From Thermodesulfobacteriota bacterium (GTDB lineage: Bacteria; Desulfobacterota_D; UBA1144; Nemesobacterales; UBA2774): a stretch of 64,000 bases of DNA. The stretch spans positions 512,001 to 576,000 of the forward strand of contig OZ244991.1 of NCBI GenBank assembly GCA_965223335.1, given 5' to 3'. A program made the translations under genes and the position numbers. Positions 10,242 to 21,570 of the stretch are shown one piece after another; position 1 is the first letter of the stretch, and the number at the start of each line of letters is the position of its first letter. The notes under the pieces are model-generated. The model made no database searches. It was given only the letters and a program-made list of their open reading frames with translations, and had not been told where the DNA came from.

Positions 10242-11119
10242 CTATTGAATTTCCTCGTTTTATCCAGAAATTATCCCAAACCCATAAAAGAGTTCTTACC
10301 AACCCCGTTGCCCGAAATCGAAGAACTCTCACCCCTCAATTCAAAAAACAAGTGTTTAGGACACTTTCTTTGCCATAACATCAAAACAATCAACAATCTA
10401 TCAACATCTAACTAAAACAGAGTGATTGGTCACTCATCGTATTAGGTATCTACCTAATTTTTTCTCTACCCCATACTCCAATCTGACTTTTTAATCATTA
10501 TGATTTTTTCTATCACCTCCATGCTTTTTTATTCTCAATCATATGCTAAATCTAGATATCATTGACTTATTAAGTCTCCACTAATTCTTCTAATATATTT
10601 TGCGAACAACAATTTACAAATTTTTGCTAATTACTAAATACATACATATATACTTACTATCTAGCAGAAATTGGTGGGTATTGTAAGTATTAATTTTGCT
10701 TAGGACTTAAGCATGATACCTTCTGTTAATTCAATACTTTAGTATTAAGCAATCAGAGATGTAAATTTACTATGTCAATCACGCAACAACAAACATATTA
10801 TCAATGTTAAGAATATGTTATGTAGTTTTATTGTTGTAATATCTGTGAAAATGCATGCGCGTAGACATAGTTTCAATTGGTTACATAATTTTAGCGGATT
10901 GCCAAACGGTTGCGCTAAATTTTAATTATTTGTGGATTTCGCAATCGAAATAACGCTTGCTAGTTAATACGTACCGCCGTATTGCCGGCCCAGCAAATAA
11001 GATGCTGAAACAATATTAAATCAGATCTCATGAACATTGAAAATAACGATAGGTCATGATGTGATTCAGGAACCGTTCTTGAGAATTTACAATCTATAGA
11101 GACTAAATGATAAATATTG

Positions 11120-11205
11120 TGGCGGAGGGCGAGGGATTCGAACCCCCAAGTCCGTAAGGACGCCGGTTTTCAAGACCGGTGCATTAGCCGTTCTGCCAGC
11201 CCTCC
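11120..11205 (-). tRNA. tRNA-Ser(TGA)
   Basis: Reverse complement GGAGGGC...CCGGT-CTTGAAA-ACCGG, long variable arm, GGTTCGAATCC, ending GCCCTCCGCCA. Confidence 0.96.
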
Positions 11206-11293
11206 GAATCTGTGTAAGAATCTATTATACACCGACCATAACTATTTGTAATCAAAACCGGTGTCTCTAAACTTAAGGTGTTATAATCCAGGT

Positions 11294-11518
11294 TTAAGAC
11301 TCGATAATTATTTTGTGGGAGTGACTTTTTAAAGCTTTTAGCAGTTTCGGGTCCAAAATCTCGTCATTTACATTGCGCAGCACCACTATTGAGTTAAACA
11401 TCCTGGCTGTGTCTATAATTGCATATATATCGTCTTTGCACTCCATAAAATCAATAGACACGCTAAACCCTAGCTGAAGAAGTTCAATTACCCTTGCAGT
11501 TTTATCGTTATCGCTCAA
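11294..11518 (-). CDS. Small hypothetical protein
   Basis: 74-aa ORF, TTG start preceded by GGAG, co-oriented with upstream genes. Confidence 0.5.
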   Translation of the reverse strand: MSDNDKTARVIELLQLGFSVSIDFMECKDDIYAIIDTARMFNSIVVLRNVNDEILDPKLLKALKSHSHKIIIES

Positions 11519-11594
11519 TTGCAGTTCTCTCCACTACACACACTAAGTCGATCTCAGTTATCACTTTGAATTACACTACACGGTAAACAAGTGG

Positions 11595-12194
11595 TCAGAG
11601 TATTTTCTGTAGGTCCTCGTCCACAATCTCAACGGGCTCTACACTCTCATTTATGTTTGCCCTAAAGTTGCTCAGGTCCACACCCTTTAACGCGCACGTA
11701 AACATAGACCGTATGTGTTTATGCATCACTACAAGCACTCTTTCACCCTCATAGGTTAGAGCTATCTCGCGTATAGCTTCTACTATCCTTTGCTGCGCCT
11801 CTTCCATGGTCTCGGGCCCCTCAGGGATCGCAACACTGGTGTCTCCGTCGATAAACCAGCGCTTAAACTCCGAGTTCGGGTCCTCGAGAAGCTCCTCTAC
11901 CTTTTGCCCGTTCCATGTCCCGTGATCGAACTCACGCAAGCTCTGGTGGATATGGAGTGGAAGACCGAGGTGATCTGCATAAGTCTTAGAAGTCTCATAT
12001 GCACGCTTTAGTGGGCTGGTAACTATCCTGTTAACACCCAGATTCTCGATCATAGGGATGTTTTCTCTGGCTTCATTGATGCCGACATCGCAGAGAGGCA
12101 AATCGGTGGTGCCTATAAGGCGGTTCTCAAGATTCCATACCGTCTTGCAATGTCGAGCTAAAAATATCTGAGCTGTGGCTGCTTTTTGGTTCAT
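11595..12194 (-). CDS. Histidine phosphatase (phosphoglycerate mutase-like) family protein
   Basis: ARHxxTxWN, TSPLKRA, LREFDHGTW and VVMH motifs. Confidence 0.9.
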   Translation of the reverse strand: MNQKAATAQIFLARHCKTVWNLENRLIGTTDLPLCDVGINEARENIPMIENLGVNRIVTSPLKRAYETSKTYADHLGLPLHIHQSLREFDHGTWNGQKVEELLEDPNSEFKRWFIDGDTSVAIPEGPETMEEAQQRIVEAIREIALTYEGERVLVVMHKHIRSMFTCALKGVDLSNFRANINESVEPVEIVDEDLQKIL

Positions 12195-12298
12195 GGTTAT
12201 CCTAATCCATACTAATCACTGTTTTTTATGATATATCCGGGAGATGGCTAAATATACCAAAGCAAAAGCATTTTACAAGACTATATTAGTTAGACCTA

Positions 12299-13966
12299 CT
12301 AATTACCGGTAGCTGCTGCAGTATCCGCATTACCGTTATCTTTCTTTAGCGCTGGCAGATAAGTACCGCCTAGAAGGACATGGCCCTCTTGAACACCTTG
12401 TTTGAGCCTATCTACCACATAATCCCTGTCCATCCCTAGGATGTTAACCCCATGGTCACTCTCCACCAAACACAGCATCTTGATGCTGGTGCCGTTTTGG
12501 TTCGCAACTTCGAATATCGCATTGTAATTAAGAAGCGCTGCCTCAACAGTACCACACGGCAGTGATGGATTTTTGGCCCCTGCAAAGTATTCACTGTTGC
12601 CGAACCAACTGGGGTCTGGGTACCCATGGAAATGCAGGATAGGCAGTCCGTCTTTAATCAACGCAGGGGTGTAGAGTGCCGTAGCCATGGCCTGTGCCAA
12701 TATAACAAATGTATCGAATGAGGGTCTAATGTCCCTTCGTGCCAGGTCTATACCCTTCGGGGTCTGCAGTTGTAGTTTTCCTTTTATTAGCCCTATCCTC
12801 ACTATATCCCTATTGGGGTCGAGGTTGGTCTTGTCGCAGCCCGAGCGCGAGGTTACAATCCAAATATCGGGCACTTGCTGATATGTCTCTTTCTTGTTAA
12901 TTTTTGTTTTAACGTACCACCTGCCGTCATCGCTCTCACGAACATACTCGTTACTGAGGCCATCTATCTCTTTTAACGAAGCCCAATCGGCTTTTTTGAG
13001 TTTCTTCTTACCCTCGTAGATTGGGGCTTCAGCAAGGGCTATAAACCCATAAGACACACCGGTTCGTCCCTCGAGTATTCTCTCTACGACATCACGGTGC
13101 GAGAGCCTAGAGACTTTTTCGCTGAACTTAGACCCGTGGGGAAAGAGCTCAGTGTCACGGGCCTGCTTGCCAAGATTTGTAAGCTGTTCCACATAAACCG
13201 ATTCCTCGGGACTGTATTCACTCTGTTTAAACCTATTAAGCACTGGGGGCTTAATAGGGGCGTATATCTTTGGTATAAGCGAATTTAAAATAAAACTGTC
13301 GATCTCTTCTTTTTTAAATATTGAATCGGACAGGTTCATGTTTATGAGTGAGAATTTATCTGGTGCCACACCCATCACAATCTCTGACATTGTAGAGATT
13401 AAGTTGCTAAGCCCTATAGCGATCTTACGATCATATGATGTGCTCTCGGCCGCAAACTCGGGGTCAAGAGGCATTAATGTTATGATCTGGGTATTAAACG
13501 GGTCCTGAACATAACGGGCTGTAAAATCGTCTGCCCACCCGCTTATCTTTAGAATATCCATCACCGAGCGCTCGGGTTTCCGCATCCATCCGTAAATGGT
13601 CTCTGCCACCCCGCTCATAACCTTGCGGAATGTGGAATATTCTCTTTTTACGTCTATCACAGCATGTATGCTGCTCCTAACCTTTCTGGGAGCAATCAAC
13701 TTTGCCATAATACCCTTTGATGCATCAGAAGCTTCTTCCCAGGGGATTACCTGAACACCGTTTTCCCTCAGTTTATCCTCAAGCTGCTGCCTAAAATCCT
13801 TCACTATCATGTTGCGATAGCTGTCGGGTAAAGGCCTAAAAGTAACTTTCACCCTAGTAGCCATCTCGTGTGGCTGTTTCGGGTTTACTATATCCTTTTT
13901 AACAGGCATTCCTGTGAGTGCTACGATTGTTTTCAGTTCTAAATCGGCAAATTGCCCTTCTTGCAT
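12299..13966 (-). CDS. Hypothetical 555-aa protein with possible metal-binding C-terminal domain
   Basis: Long ORF with RBS GGAGG; LHFHGYP, PCGT and ESDHG motifs; function not recognised. Confidence 0.8.
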   Translation of the reverse strand: MQEGQFADLELKTIVALTGMPVKKDIVNPKQPHEMATRVKVTFRPLPDSYRNMIVKDFRQQLEDKLRENGVQVIPWEEASDASKGIMAKLIAPRKVRSSIHAVIDVKREYSTFRKVMSGVAETIYGWMRKPERSVMDILKISGWADDFTARYVQDPFNTQIITLMPLDPEFAAESTSYDRKIAIGLSNLISTMSEIVMGVAPDKFSLINMNLSDSIFKKEEIDSFILNSLIPKIYAPIKPPVLNRFKQSEYSPEESVYVEQLTNLGKQARDTELFPHGSKFSEKVSRLSHRDVVERILEGRTGVSYGFIALAEAPIYEGKKKLKKADWASLKEIDGLSNEYVRESDDGRWYVKTKINKKETYQQVPDIWIVTSRSGCDKTNLDPNRDIVRIGLIKGKLQLQTPKGIDLARRDIRPSFDTFVILAQAMATALYTPALIKDGLPILHFHGYPDPSWFGNSEYFAGAKNPSLPCGTVEAALLNYNAIFEVANQNGTSIKMLCLVESDHGVNILGMDRDYVVDRLKQGVQEGHVLLGGTYLPALKKDNGNADTAAATGN

Positions 13967-14178
13967 TATTTCTTAACCTCCGCCTTAACACTTAAATACA
14001 AAAACAGCGGCGTATTCGAGTACAATGAGAATCTATTTTCTACTACTCAATGACAGCCCGCAGTGTTTTTCTCTTGTAAAAGACCAACTACAATTATAGA
14101 TCATAGCCGCCCGATACACAATTCATCAAATATTAAAAATCCCTCTACATATATAATCCAATAATCAAAGGGCTAAAA

Positions 14179-14931
14179 TCATGCAGCTATCTGTTTCTCT
14201 CCCCACTCGAGTGTGTCTTCCATCTGAGTTCTTACAATAGCCATAAGCTCTTGCCTGCCCTTTTTCCCCGAGGGCAGATTATCCGTTGGGATAGGGGGAA
14301 GAACTTTTACAAGCATCTTCCCTGACCTGACCGACTTGGAATTTTTAGGGAGTATATTCTTGCCGCCTATTATCACCATAGGTACTACAGGGACCTTGGC
14401 CAGCATAGCTATAAAAAAGCCCCCCTCCTGAAAAGGCAGCAGGTTACCGTCATCGCTCCTCGTCCCTTCGGGGGCAACCATAACTGAGGGACCCGAGCGT
14501 ATCTTGGCCACAATTTTTTTAACCTCCGAGCTGTCTGAGCTCGAACCGTCGCGAGCAACAAAATAGTGGCCCGTTAGCCTCGATACCCAGCCTATAAAAG
14601 GCAGGTTGGCTACCTCTTTTTTCATTATCGCTCTCCAGTCAACCGGCATTACGGCCTGAAACGCAAATATATCAAACGTACTCTGGTGGTTGTACATAAT
14701 CACACAAGGTGTTTCGGGTATGTTATCTAAACCCTCTGCTTTTAGGTCTACCCCCCCAGTAAATAGTATCATCTTGGCCCAAGGCTTAACCGCATACTTA
14801 GTTACAAGCTCGGGTTTAACCAGCGATAGTATGACTCCGTATATTCCGAAAAATGTCGTGTAGAGAATAAATGAGATAAAACAAACAACCGATCGTATCA
14901 TTGTATTACCATCCCAAGGGGTCAAGCGCAC
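14179..14931 (-). CDS. plsC: 1-acyl-sn-glycerol-3-phosphate acyltransferase family
   Basis: NHQSTFD (HX4D) and PEGTRS motifs. Start may be ATG at 14901. Confidence 0.88.
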   Translation of the reverse strand: MRLTPWDGNTMIRSVVCFISFILYTTFFGIYGVILSLVKPELVTKYAVKPWAKMILFTGGVDLKAEGLDNIPETPCVIMYNHQSTFDIFAFQAVMPVDWRAIMKKEVANLPFIGWVSRLTGHYFVARDGSSSDSSEVKKIVAKIRSGPSVMVAPEGTRSDDGNLLPFQEGGFFIAMLAKVPVVPMVIIGGKNILPKNSKSVRSGKMLVKVLPPIPTDNLPSGKKGRQELMAIVRTQMEDTLEWGEKQIAA

Positions 14932-15816
14932 TCAGTTAGACAATATAGTCAAGCTCCGGGGCAGGATGCTCACCTCGTGAGTGCCGGGTGCTAAGTAAAA
15001 CGGCTCACCGTCCATGTGCGCCGGCACATCGGAGTGTAAGGTGAGCAGCATTTTAGTAGCCTTTTTAAGCTCTACCTCTTCAATATCCGCATGTGTGCCT
15101 TTCATCACTTTGGGAATTTTCAATAACCTGTTTAGAGAAGACATATCGCTTATAATATGGAAATCCAGTATACCGTCATCAACACTGGCATCAGGTGCAA
15201 GCTTAAACTTACCACCCTGGTATATGCCGTTCGATGCACCGGCAAGCAAAAGCACTCCCTCGTATTCCCAGTCCCCGATCTCTACACCGACCCTAAAACC
15301 GTTAAACTTAAGGGCTTCCTGCACTGCACCCCAAAGATAGCCCAACTCACCGCCGAATTTTTTGAGATTTTTGAACCTATGCGACACCGCACCGTCGAGC
15401 CCTATCCCAAGCCCGTTGATAAAACACCTGTCCCCAAGTGTGCCGACATCCACCTTCCTCGGACTGCCGCTTAGTATATTGTCGAGAGCAGTATCAACAT
15501 CCTGGGGGATGCCTGCAGCCTTTGGAAAATCATTACCACTTCCCGAAGGCACAATCCCTAGGACCGCATCGGTGTTCTTAAGCACATTGGCAATCTCGTG
15601 CGATGTGCCGTCCCCGCCCACAGATACAATATGCGTGTACCCTTTTTCAAGGGCACTACTCGCAAGAGCCATAGCCCCGCCCCCAGCCTCTGTAAACTCA
15701 TACGCAGCATCTATCTCATTTTGCTCCATATGGGCCTTAATGGTGGGTACCAGCGCTTGGGTTCTTCCTTGTCCAGCGGCAGGATTAATGATAAATATGT
15801 ATTTTTTGGCTTCCAA
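14932..15816 (-). CDS. Diacylglycerol/lipid kinase family (YegS/DgkB-like)
   Basis: IINPAAG, GGDGT, PSGSGNDF and DGE motifs. Confidence 0.92.
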   Translation of the reverse strand: MEAKKYIFIINPAAGQGRTQALVPTIKAHMEQNEIDAAYEFTEAGGGAMALASSALEKGYTHIVSVGGDGTSHEIANVLKNTDAVLGIVPSGSGNDFPKAAGIPQDVDTALDNILSGSPRKVDVGTLGDRCFINGLGIGLDGAVSHRFKNLKKFGGELGYLWGAVQEALKFNGFRVGVEIGDWEYEGVLLLAGASNGIYQGGKFKLAPDASVDDGILDFHIISDMSSLNRLLKIPKVMKGTHADIEEVELKKATKMLLTLHSDVPAHMDGEPFYLAPGTHEVSILPRSLTILSN

Positions 15817-15975
15817 CTAAAATCCGTATCAGTATAGATTTAAGTATATAAATATATCCGCTATAATCCTAAGTTACAAAGCAACCCACCTCGGTTACTT
15901 GAAAACAATCCCTTTTTATGGTATTTAAATTCGGTTTATTCGGATATTTTCTTATGATTCTATAGGAGGTTGTTA

Positions 15976-17100
15976 ATGGTTGAAGAAAACCAAACCGATC
16001 AGTCAAGCGATCTGATCGGCATGAAGCAGTTGTTAGAGGCCGGGGTTCATTTCGGACATCAGATAAGCCACTGGAACCCGAAGATGAAGGAGTATATATT
16101 CGGGAGCAGAAACGGTATTCATATTATCGATTTACAACAGACCGTAACCCTATTCAAAAAAGCTTACAACTACACAAGGGATATTGTAGCAGAGGGTGGA
16201 AGAGTACTATTCGTAGGCACCAAAAAACAGGCTCAAGCCATAGTGTCAGAAGAAGCCACAAGGTGCCAGATGCCCTATGTCAACACAAGATGGCTCGGCG
16301 GCACACTCACCAACTTTCACACTATACGGGCACGTGTGGATTATTTGTTGGAGCTCAAAAAGCTCGAGGAAGAGGGGCAGATGGAGTTGCTGCCAAAAAA
16401 AGAGGCCAAGGGTCTAAAACGCGAGATACAGAAACTCGAATACCTGCTTGGGGGGGTTGTGGATATGAAAAATCTACCCCAGGCACTCTACGTTGTAGAT
16501 ACACGCAAAGAGCATATAGCCGTTAAAGAGGCAAGAAAGCTGGGCATACCCATAATCGCTGTGATTGATACTAACTCGGACCCGGCGGATGCAGACCTAA
16601 TTATCCCAAGCAACGACGACGCCATTAGGGCGATAAAACTATTTACCTCACGCATTGCAGACGCATGCATTGAAGGCACGCATATATTCGAGCAAAAACT
16701 ACAAGCCGGGGAAGTAGTAAAAGAAGCTGTGGAAGAAGCCCCTATAGTAGTAGAAAGAAAAGCGTTTGTATTCAAAGAGTTTGGGGAAGAGCAAGCCGAA
16801 ACCACATCGCTCACACCCGATACGGGTACCAATGGTTCTGCCACCCCAGCCGCTCAAATCACAGTTGACACACCCCAACCAGAGACAGCCGAACCCCCTG
16901 TACAAGAAGCAGCCGAGACTGAACAACCCGCACCCGAGCCAACCGAAACAGCGCAAGAGGCTGTGACTGAGACCGAGACTGCTGCCGAGGCCCCTAGCGA
17001 TACCCCACAAGCTGAGGAAACCCCGACCGAGGCCCCAGCAGAAGAACCACAAACCGACGAAGCAACCGAGACTAAGGAGGATGATTCTAACGATGGCTGA
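15976..17100 (+). CDS. rpsB: 30S ribosomal protein S2 with long acidic C-terminal extension
   Basis: [25 protein letters not shown] and NDDAIRAI motifs; start at ATG 15976 after AGGAGG. Confidence 0.97.
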   Translation: MVEENQTDQSSDLIGMKQLLEAGVHFGHQISHWNPKMKEYIFGSRNGIHIIDLQQTVTLFKKAYNYTRDIVAEGGRVLFVGTKKQAQAIVSEEATRCQMPYVNTRWLGGTLTNFHTIRARVDYLLELKKLEEEGQMELLPKKEAKGLKREIQKLEYLLGGVVDMKNLPQALYVVDTRKEHIAVKEARKLGIPIIAVIDTNSDPADADLIIPSNDDAIRAIKLFTSRIADACIEGTHIFEQKLQAGEVVKEAVEEAPIVVERKAFVFKEFGEEQAETTSLTPDTGTNGSATPAAQITVDTPQPETAEPPVQEAAETEQPAPEPTETAQEAVTETETAAEAPSDTPQAEETPTEAPAEEPQTDEATETKEDDSNDG

Positions 17101-17704
17101 TATTACAGCACAAATGGTAAAAGAGATACGTGATATGACCGGGGCTCCGTTCATTGATTGTAAAAATGCACTTGAAGAGGTTGAGGGAGACTACGACAAA
17201 GCAGTAGAGATCCTGCGTATCAAAGGTGTGGCCAAAGCTTCAAAAAAGGCTGGCAGGGATACACCGGAAGGAGTCGTCACATCCTATATACACGGCGGCG
17301 GCAAGATCGGTGTTATGCTCGAGCTTAACTGCGAAACGGATTTCGTGGCCAGAAACGAAGAGTTTCAAGCTTTCGCCAAAGAGCTTGCAATGCAGGTAGC
17401 AGCTTCGAACCCCCGTTTTATTAGCAGAGAGGACATCCCCGAAGCCGAGCTCGCCAAAGAAAAAGAGGTTATGAAAGCCCAGGTAATAGAGTCGGGGAAA
17501 CCCGAGGACATTGCCGATAAAATAGTTCAGGGCAAGATCGAAAAGTTCTACGAGGAAGTATGCCTGCTCGACCAAACCTATATACGGGATACGAAACAAA
17601 GCATTGATGACATCCTCCAGGCTCTCATAGCTAAGGTGGGAGAAAACATCAAAATAAGTAGGTTCACCAGATACCAACTCGGAGAAGCTCTGGATAACGA
17701 TTAA
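17093..17704 (+). CDS. tsf: Elongation factor Ts (short form)
   Basis: [25 protein letters not shown] at 17093 downstream of AAGGAGG. Confidence 0.96.
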   Translation: MADITAQMVKEIRDMTGAPFIDCKNALEEVEGDYDKAVEILRIKGVAKASKKAGRDTPEGVVTSYIHGGGKIGVMLELNCETDFVARNEEFQAFAKELAMQVAASNPRFISREDIPEAELAKEKEVMKAQVIESGKPEDIADKIVQGKIEKFYEEVCLLDQTYIRDTKQSIDDILQALIAKVGENIKISRFTRYQLGEALDND

Positions 17705-17710
17705 AGCAAA

Positions 17711-18448
17711 ATGAGCGTACCAGACCCCATAAATAAACCCAGTTATAAGAGGGTTCTGCTTAAGTTAAGCGGTGAGGCCCTTCAGGGCAAAGAAGGGTTT
17801 GGGATCAATTCCAAAGAGATCGAGCGAATTTCAGACGAGATTGTAGAGGTCCACGGCCTGGGTGTAGAGATCGCTGTTGTCATAGGAGGCGGTAATATAT
17901 ACCGGGGGGTGCACGGGGCCGCCACAGGCATAGACCGATCCACGGCTGACTATATGGGTATGCTGGCTACCGTTATAAACGGGCTTGCACTCCAGGACTC
18001 GCTTGAAAGAAACGGTGTAGACACCAGAGTCCAGACTGCTTTAGAGATTAAACAGGTCGCAGAGCCCTATATCCGTAGACGCGCAGTCAGACACCTTGAG
18101 AAAAAACGAGTGGTAATATTCGCTGCCGGCACCGGCAACCCGTTCTTTACCACCGACACAGCAGCAACACTGCGCGCACTAGAGATTGGAGCCGATATAA
18201 TCCTAAAGGCAACCAAGGTTGATGGTGTATACGATAAAGACCCCATGCTCCATGACGATGCCACCAAGTTCGAACACCTCACCTATATGGACGTACTGAA
18301 GAAGGAACTTAAGGTCATGGACGCTACTGCAATATCATTGTGTATGCAGGGCAACATACCTATTATAGTATTCAACCTATTTGAACAGGGTAACGTCAAG
18401 AAGATAATTACGGGCACAAAGATAGGTACAATAGTGAGGGATAAATAA
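17711..18448 (+). CDS. pyrH: UMP kinase
   Basis: [35 protein letters not shown]. Confidence 0.97.
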   Translation: MSVPDPINKPSYKRVLLKLSGEALQGKEGFGINSKEIERISDEIVEVHGLGVEIAVVIGGGNIYRGVHGAATGIDRSTADYMGMLATVINGLALQDSLERNGVDTRVQTALEIKQVAEPYIRRRAVRHLEKKRVVIFAAGTGNPFFTTDTAATLRALEIGADIILKATKVDGVYDKDPMLHDDATKFEHLTYMDVLKKELKVMDATAISLCMQGNIPIIVFNLFEQGNVKKIITGTKIGTIVRDK

Positions 18449-18449
18449 A

Positions 18450-19022
18450 ATGTCAGAGGAATATAACGTAAAAGAGGTGTTATCGGATACAGACGCAAGA
18501 ATGAATAAATCTATAAACGTACTGGAATCCGAGTTTGCAAAGATCAGAACCGGCAGGGCTTCGGCGTCGCTTGTAGAGCACATTAAGGTTGATTATTACG
18601 GTACCGAGACCCCAATTAACCAGCTTGGGAACATATCCGTCCCAGAGTCAAAGACCATATTGATACAGCCCTGGGACGTGAGTGTTATCCCGGAGATTGA
18701 AAAAGCCATTATGAAATCCGACCTTGGTGTAACTCCATCTAACGACGGCAAGGTGGTGCGTATCTCCATCCCCGCGCTGACCGAGGAAAGAAGAAAAGAG
18801 CTTGTGAAGTACGTCGATAAAATCGCAGAGGAATACAGAGTTGCCATTAGGCAAATCAGAAAAGATATAAACAACCACCTAAAAATAGTCGAGAAAGAAC
18901 AGCATATATCAGAAGACGAGATCAAAAAAACTCATAGCAAGGTTCAAGATCTCACCGACAAATTCATTAAAGATATTAATGAAATTTTGGCAGCGAAAGA
19001 AAAAGAAATCCTAGAGGTTTAA
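18450..19022 (+). CDS. frr: Ribosome recycling factor
   Basis: IRTGRAS, VDYYG, PALTEERRKELVK. Confidence 0.97.
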   Translation: MSEEYNVKEVLSDTDARMNKSINVLESEFAKIRTGRASASLVEHIKVDYYGTETPINQLGNISVPESKTILIQPWDVSVIPEIEKAIMKSDLGVTPSNDGKVVRISIPALTEERRKELVKYVDKIAEEYRVAIRQIRKDINNHLKIVEKEQHISEDEIKKTHSKVQDLTDKFIKDINEILAAKEKEILEV

Positions 19023-19121
19023 ACAACTTTTTGATACACTAAATATTAGATTGGCAATTACAATATATTGCAATAGGGTAATCTTAAGTTTGTAAGTTCA
19101 ACTATCGGGCCATAGCATATT

Positions 19122-19367
19122 ATGAGAGATATGTTTGCCAATTTCTTTTCCTATCTATTCATGAGCACCATTGTACTTGCGATGCTCGCGGCGTTCGGTG
19201 CTATTATTGTGTTGATACGCAGTTTGTTGGCCACTATCAGTCCCCGAGAGGTAAATTTAGGGTTCCTTTTTCTATATATATTCTTCGCTTGTGTTATATT
19301 AGCCCCTACATTCTTCTATATAGCCAACCGACTGGAAAAGCACAGTGGACGTATAGACGAAGTCTAA
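19122..19367 (+). CDS. Small two-TM membrane protein
   Basis: 81-aa ORF with two hydrophobic segments. Confidence 0.65.
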   Translation: MRDMFANFFSYLFMSTIVLAMLAAFGAIIVLIRSLLATISPREVNLGFLFLYIFFACVILAPTFFYIANRLEKHSGRIDEV

Positions 19368-19570
19368 TATAGAATATTACACGCCCGAAAAACCTGCCTA
19401 TTCATTCCCGAGTGTTTTGGACATATACTTATGTATACTTTTTAGATGGTTATGTTTGATGAGAGATAGCCGTGTAATGCTATATTAACGATGAGGATCT
19501 CAGATTCTAAGTCGGAAGAAGATAGCTCGAATTACTGCGCGACTACATTCAAGATACGAGTACTTATACA

Positions 19571-21544
19571 TTGAGCCACGAAAGAGATTCTATGGATAAA
19601 GCCGTTAAAGTTAAAGATCGCAGAGGGTCATCAGAACCGCTCAGCAGTAAATCCGATGTATTTAAATCAATTGCTGATATATCGAACGATATTATCATCG
19701 TAATACAGGGCAACCGATTCAAATACGTGAACCTGACCGGCTTAAATTTGTTCGGCTATACAGAAGACGAGATGCTTAGCTTTAATGTAATGGACATACT
19801 CTCGCCTGATTGCCGAGCGCTATATTTAGATAATCAACAAAAGACCATGGCAGGCAAAGACGTCCCGCCTTATGAACTCGATATCCAGTGTAGAAACGAA
19901 AAATATATAAAACTGAGCTGCGAGCACACCCTATCTAAACATGTCGATGAACCGGCTCTTATAATAACGAGCAGGTTCATAAGCTCAGAGGATACAAACC
20001 AAGAACAAGAGGCTTTGATGCTTGCCGCTGCCGTTAAAAGCCTGCATTCCGCCATCACAATCACAGACATGAACAGAAAAATCACCTATGTGAACCAGGC
20101 GCATAAAAACATATTCGGTTACGACCCGGACGAGCTGATAGGGAAACAAAGCAATATCCTTTACCCGTTCGATGACCCCTCGGGGATAAGCAAAAAAATC
20201 TACGACGCGATCCTAATGGTGGGCTGGCAAGGTGAGAGGTTGGGTGTTAGAAAAAACGGTCAGGTTTTCGCAGCCTATGAAAAAACCTCGGTTGTAAAAG
20301 ATCAAGACGGGGACAAAGTCGGCATAGTCTCGGTCGTGGATGACATCTCGAACAGAAAGAAATTAGAGCAGGCCCTAAAAGAATCGGAGGAGCGTTATAG
20401 AACACTTATAGAGACGGCAAAAAGCTCTATAATTGCTGTGGATGAAGACAACAAAATACTCCTTGCAAACCCATCTGCAGAGAAACTCTTTGGGTTCACA
20501 ACAGAGGAGTTCAAAGAAAAAGAGTTTGAACAACTCATATCTAGCCGGTATAGAGATGTTTACCGCTCGGTAGTAATAGATAGCGAGAACCCCGCATTGA
20601 CGTCTAAGCACGGGCAATCATACGAGCTCTACGGGCTCACGAAGGACGGGATTGAATTCCCGATCGAGGTTTCATTCTCCTCTTGCAAAATCGAGGGGGC
20701 AAGAATTATTACAGCAATAATCTTTGATATAACCGAGCGTAAGAACCTACAAGAGCAGCTTGTGCAGTCGGCCAAACTAGCAGCTGTGGGAGAACTCATC
20801 TCTGGTGTTACACACGAGGTCAACAACCCGCTTGCAATAGTAATCGGATACTCGGAGATGGTACTCTCGGAATCAAAACTCGACGAAGACACTCAAACCA
20901 GCTTAAAGCTTATCAATTCACAAGCCGAACAAGCGAGGAAAGTTATACAAAACCTGCTATCTTTTGCTAGAAAACATGAATTAGAAAAACAGCTCATTAA
21001 TATAAACGATGTAGTTCACAACACCCTTCATCTCACCGATTATGAACTCAAAAAAAATAAGATCACAACAGAAAAAGACCTTGATCCAGACATTCCCCTT
21101 GTGCTGGGCGACCCAAACCAGCTACAACAAGTGTTCTTGAACCTTATCATTAATGCAGAACACGCAATGGATGAGACAGATCATGATAATTATATAAAGA
21201 TTGTAACTAGAGTTAAACCCGAAAATCACAAGAGCACTGACTCAGAAGAAGACCGCATTCAAATTATATTTGAAGACACGGGCCCCGGTATTTCTGAAAA
21301 CAACCTCCAGAAGATATTCGACCCCTTCTTCACCACAAAGCCATCGGGCAAAGGCACGGGGTTAGGCCTATCCGTATCGTTTGGGATAATAAAAGATCAT
21401 AATGGCGAAATATTCGCGGAGAGCATAGAGGGCCAAGGAACAAAATTCATAATAGAGCTCCCCGTAACAAAATCAGATAAAACCAGTAATGAGACTGATA
21501 CGGCTGCGGAGCAAACGGACTCGGAGACCCCGGACCCCAATTGA
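19571..21544 (+). CDS. Multi-PAS sensor histidine kinase (NtrB-like)
   Basis: Three PAS-like repeats; H-box GVTHEVNNPL, N-box QVFLNLIINA, DTGPG, FFTTK, GTGLGL. Confidence 0.93.
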   Translation: MSHERDSMDKAVKVKDRRGSSEPLSSKSDVFKSIADISNDIIIVIQGNRFKYVNLTGLNLFGYTEDEMLSFNVMDILSPDCRALYLDNQQKTMAGKDVPPYELDIQCRNEKYIKLSCEHTLSKHVDEPALIITSRFISSEDTNQEQEALMLAAAVKSLHSAITITDMNRKITYVNQAHKNIFGYDPDELIGKQSNILYPFDDPSGISKKIYDAILMVGWQGERLGVRKNGQVFAAYEKTSVVKDQDGDKVGIVSVVDDISNRKKLEQALKESEERYRTLIETAKSSIIAVDEDNKILLANPSAEKLFGFTTEEFKEKEFEQLISSRYRDVYRSVVIDSENPALTSKHGQSYELYGLTKDGIEFPIEVSFSSCKIEGARIITAIIFDITERKNLQEQLVQSAKLAAVGELISGVTHEVNNPLAIVIGYSEMVLSESKLDEDTQTSLKLINSQAEQARKVIQNLLSFARKHELEKQLININDVVHNTLHLTDYELKKNKITTEKDLDPDIPLVLGDPNQLQQVFLNLIINAEHAMDETDHDNYIKIVTRVKPENHKSTDSEEDRIQIIFEDTGPGISENNLQKIFDPFFTTKPSGKGTGLGLSVSFGIIKDHNGEIFAESIEGQGTKFIIELPVTKSDKTSNETDTAAEQTDSETPDPN

Positions 21545-21570
21545 GTTGTCGATTAAAATATATTCCTGAC

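Noticed and set aside
10190..10415. Short plus-strand ORFs in the AT-rich gap
   Set aside because: No RBS, non-protein-like composition, and they overlap the start of the 940-aa gene.
19057..19074. Near-palindrome ATTACAATATATTGCAAT as an operator or sigma54 site
   Set aside because: GG-GC spacing does not fit sigma54, and a single AT-rich palindrome is weak evidence.
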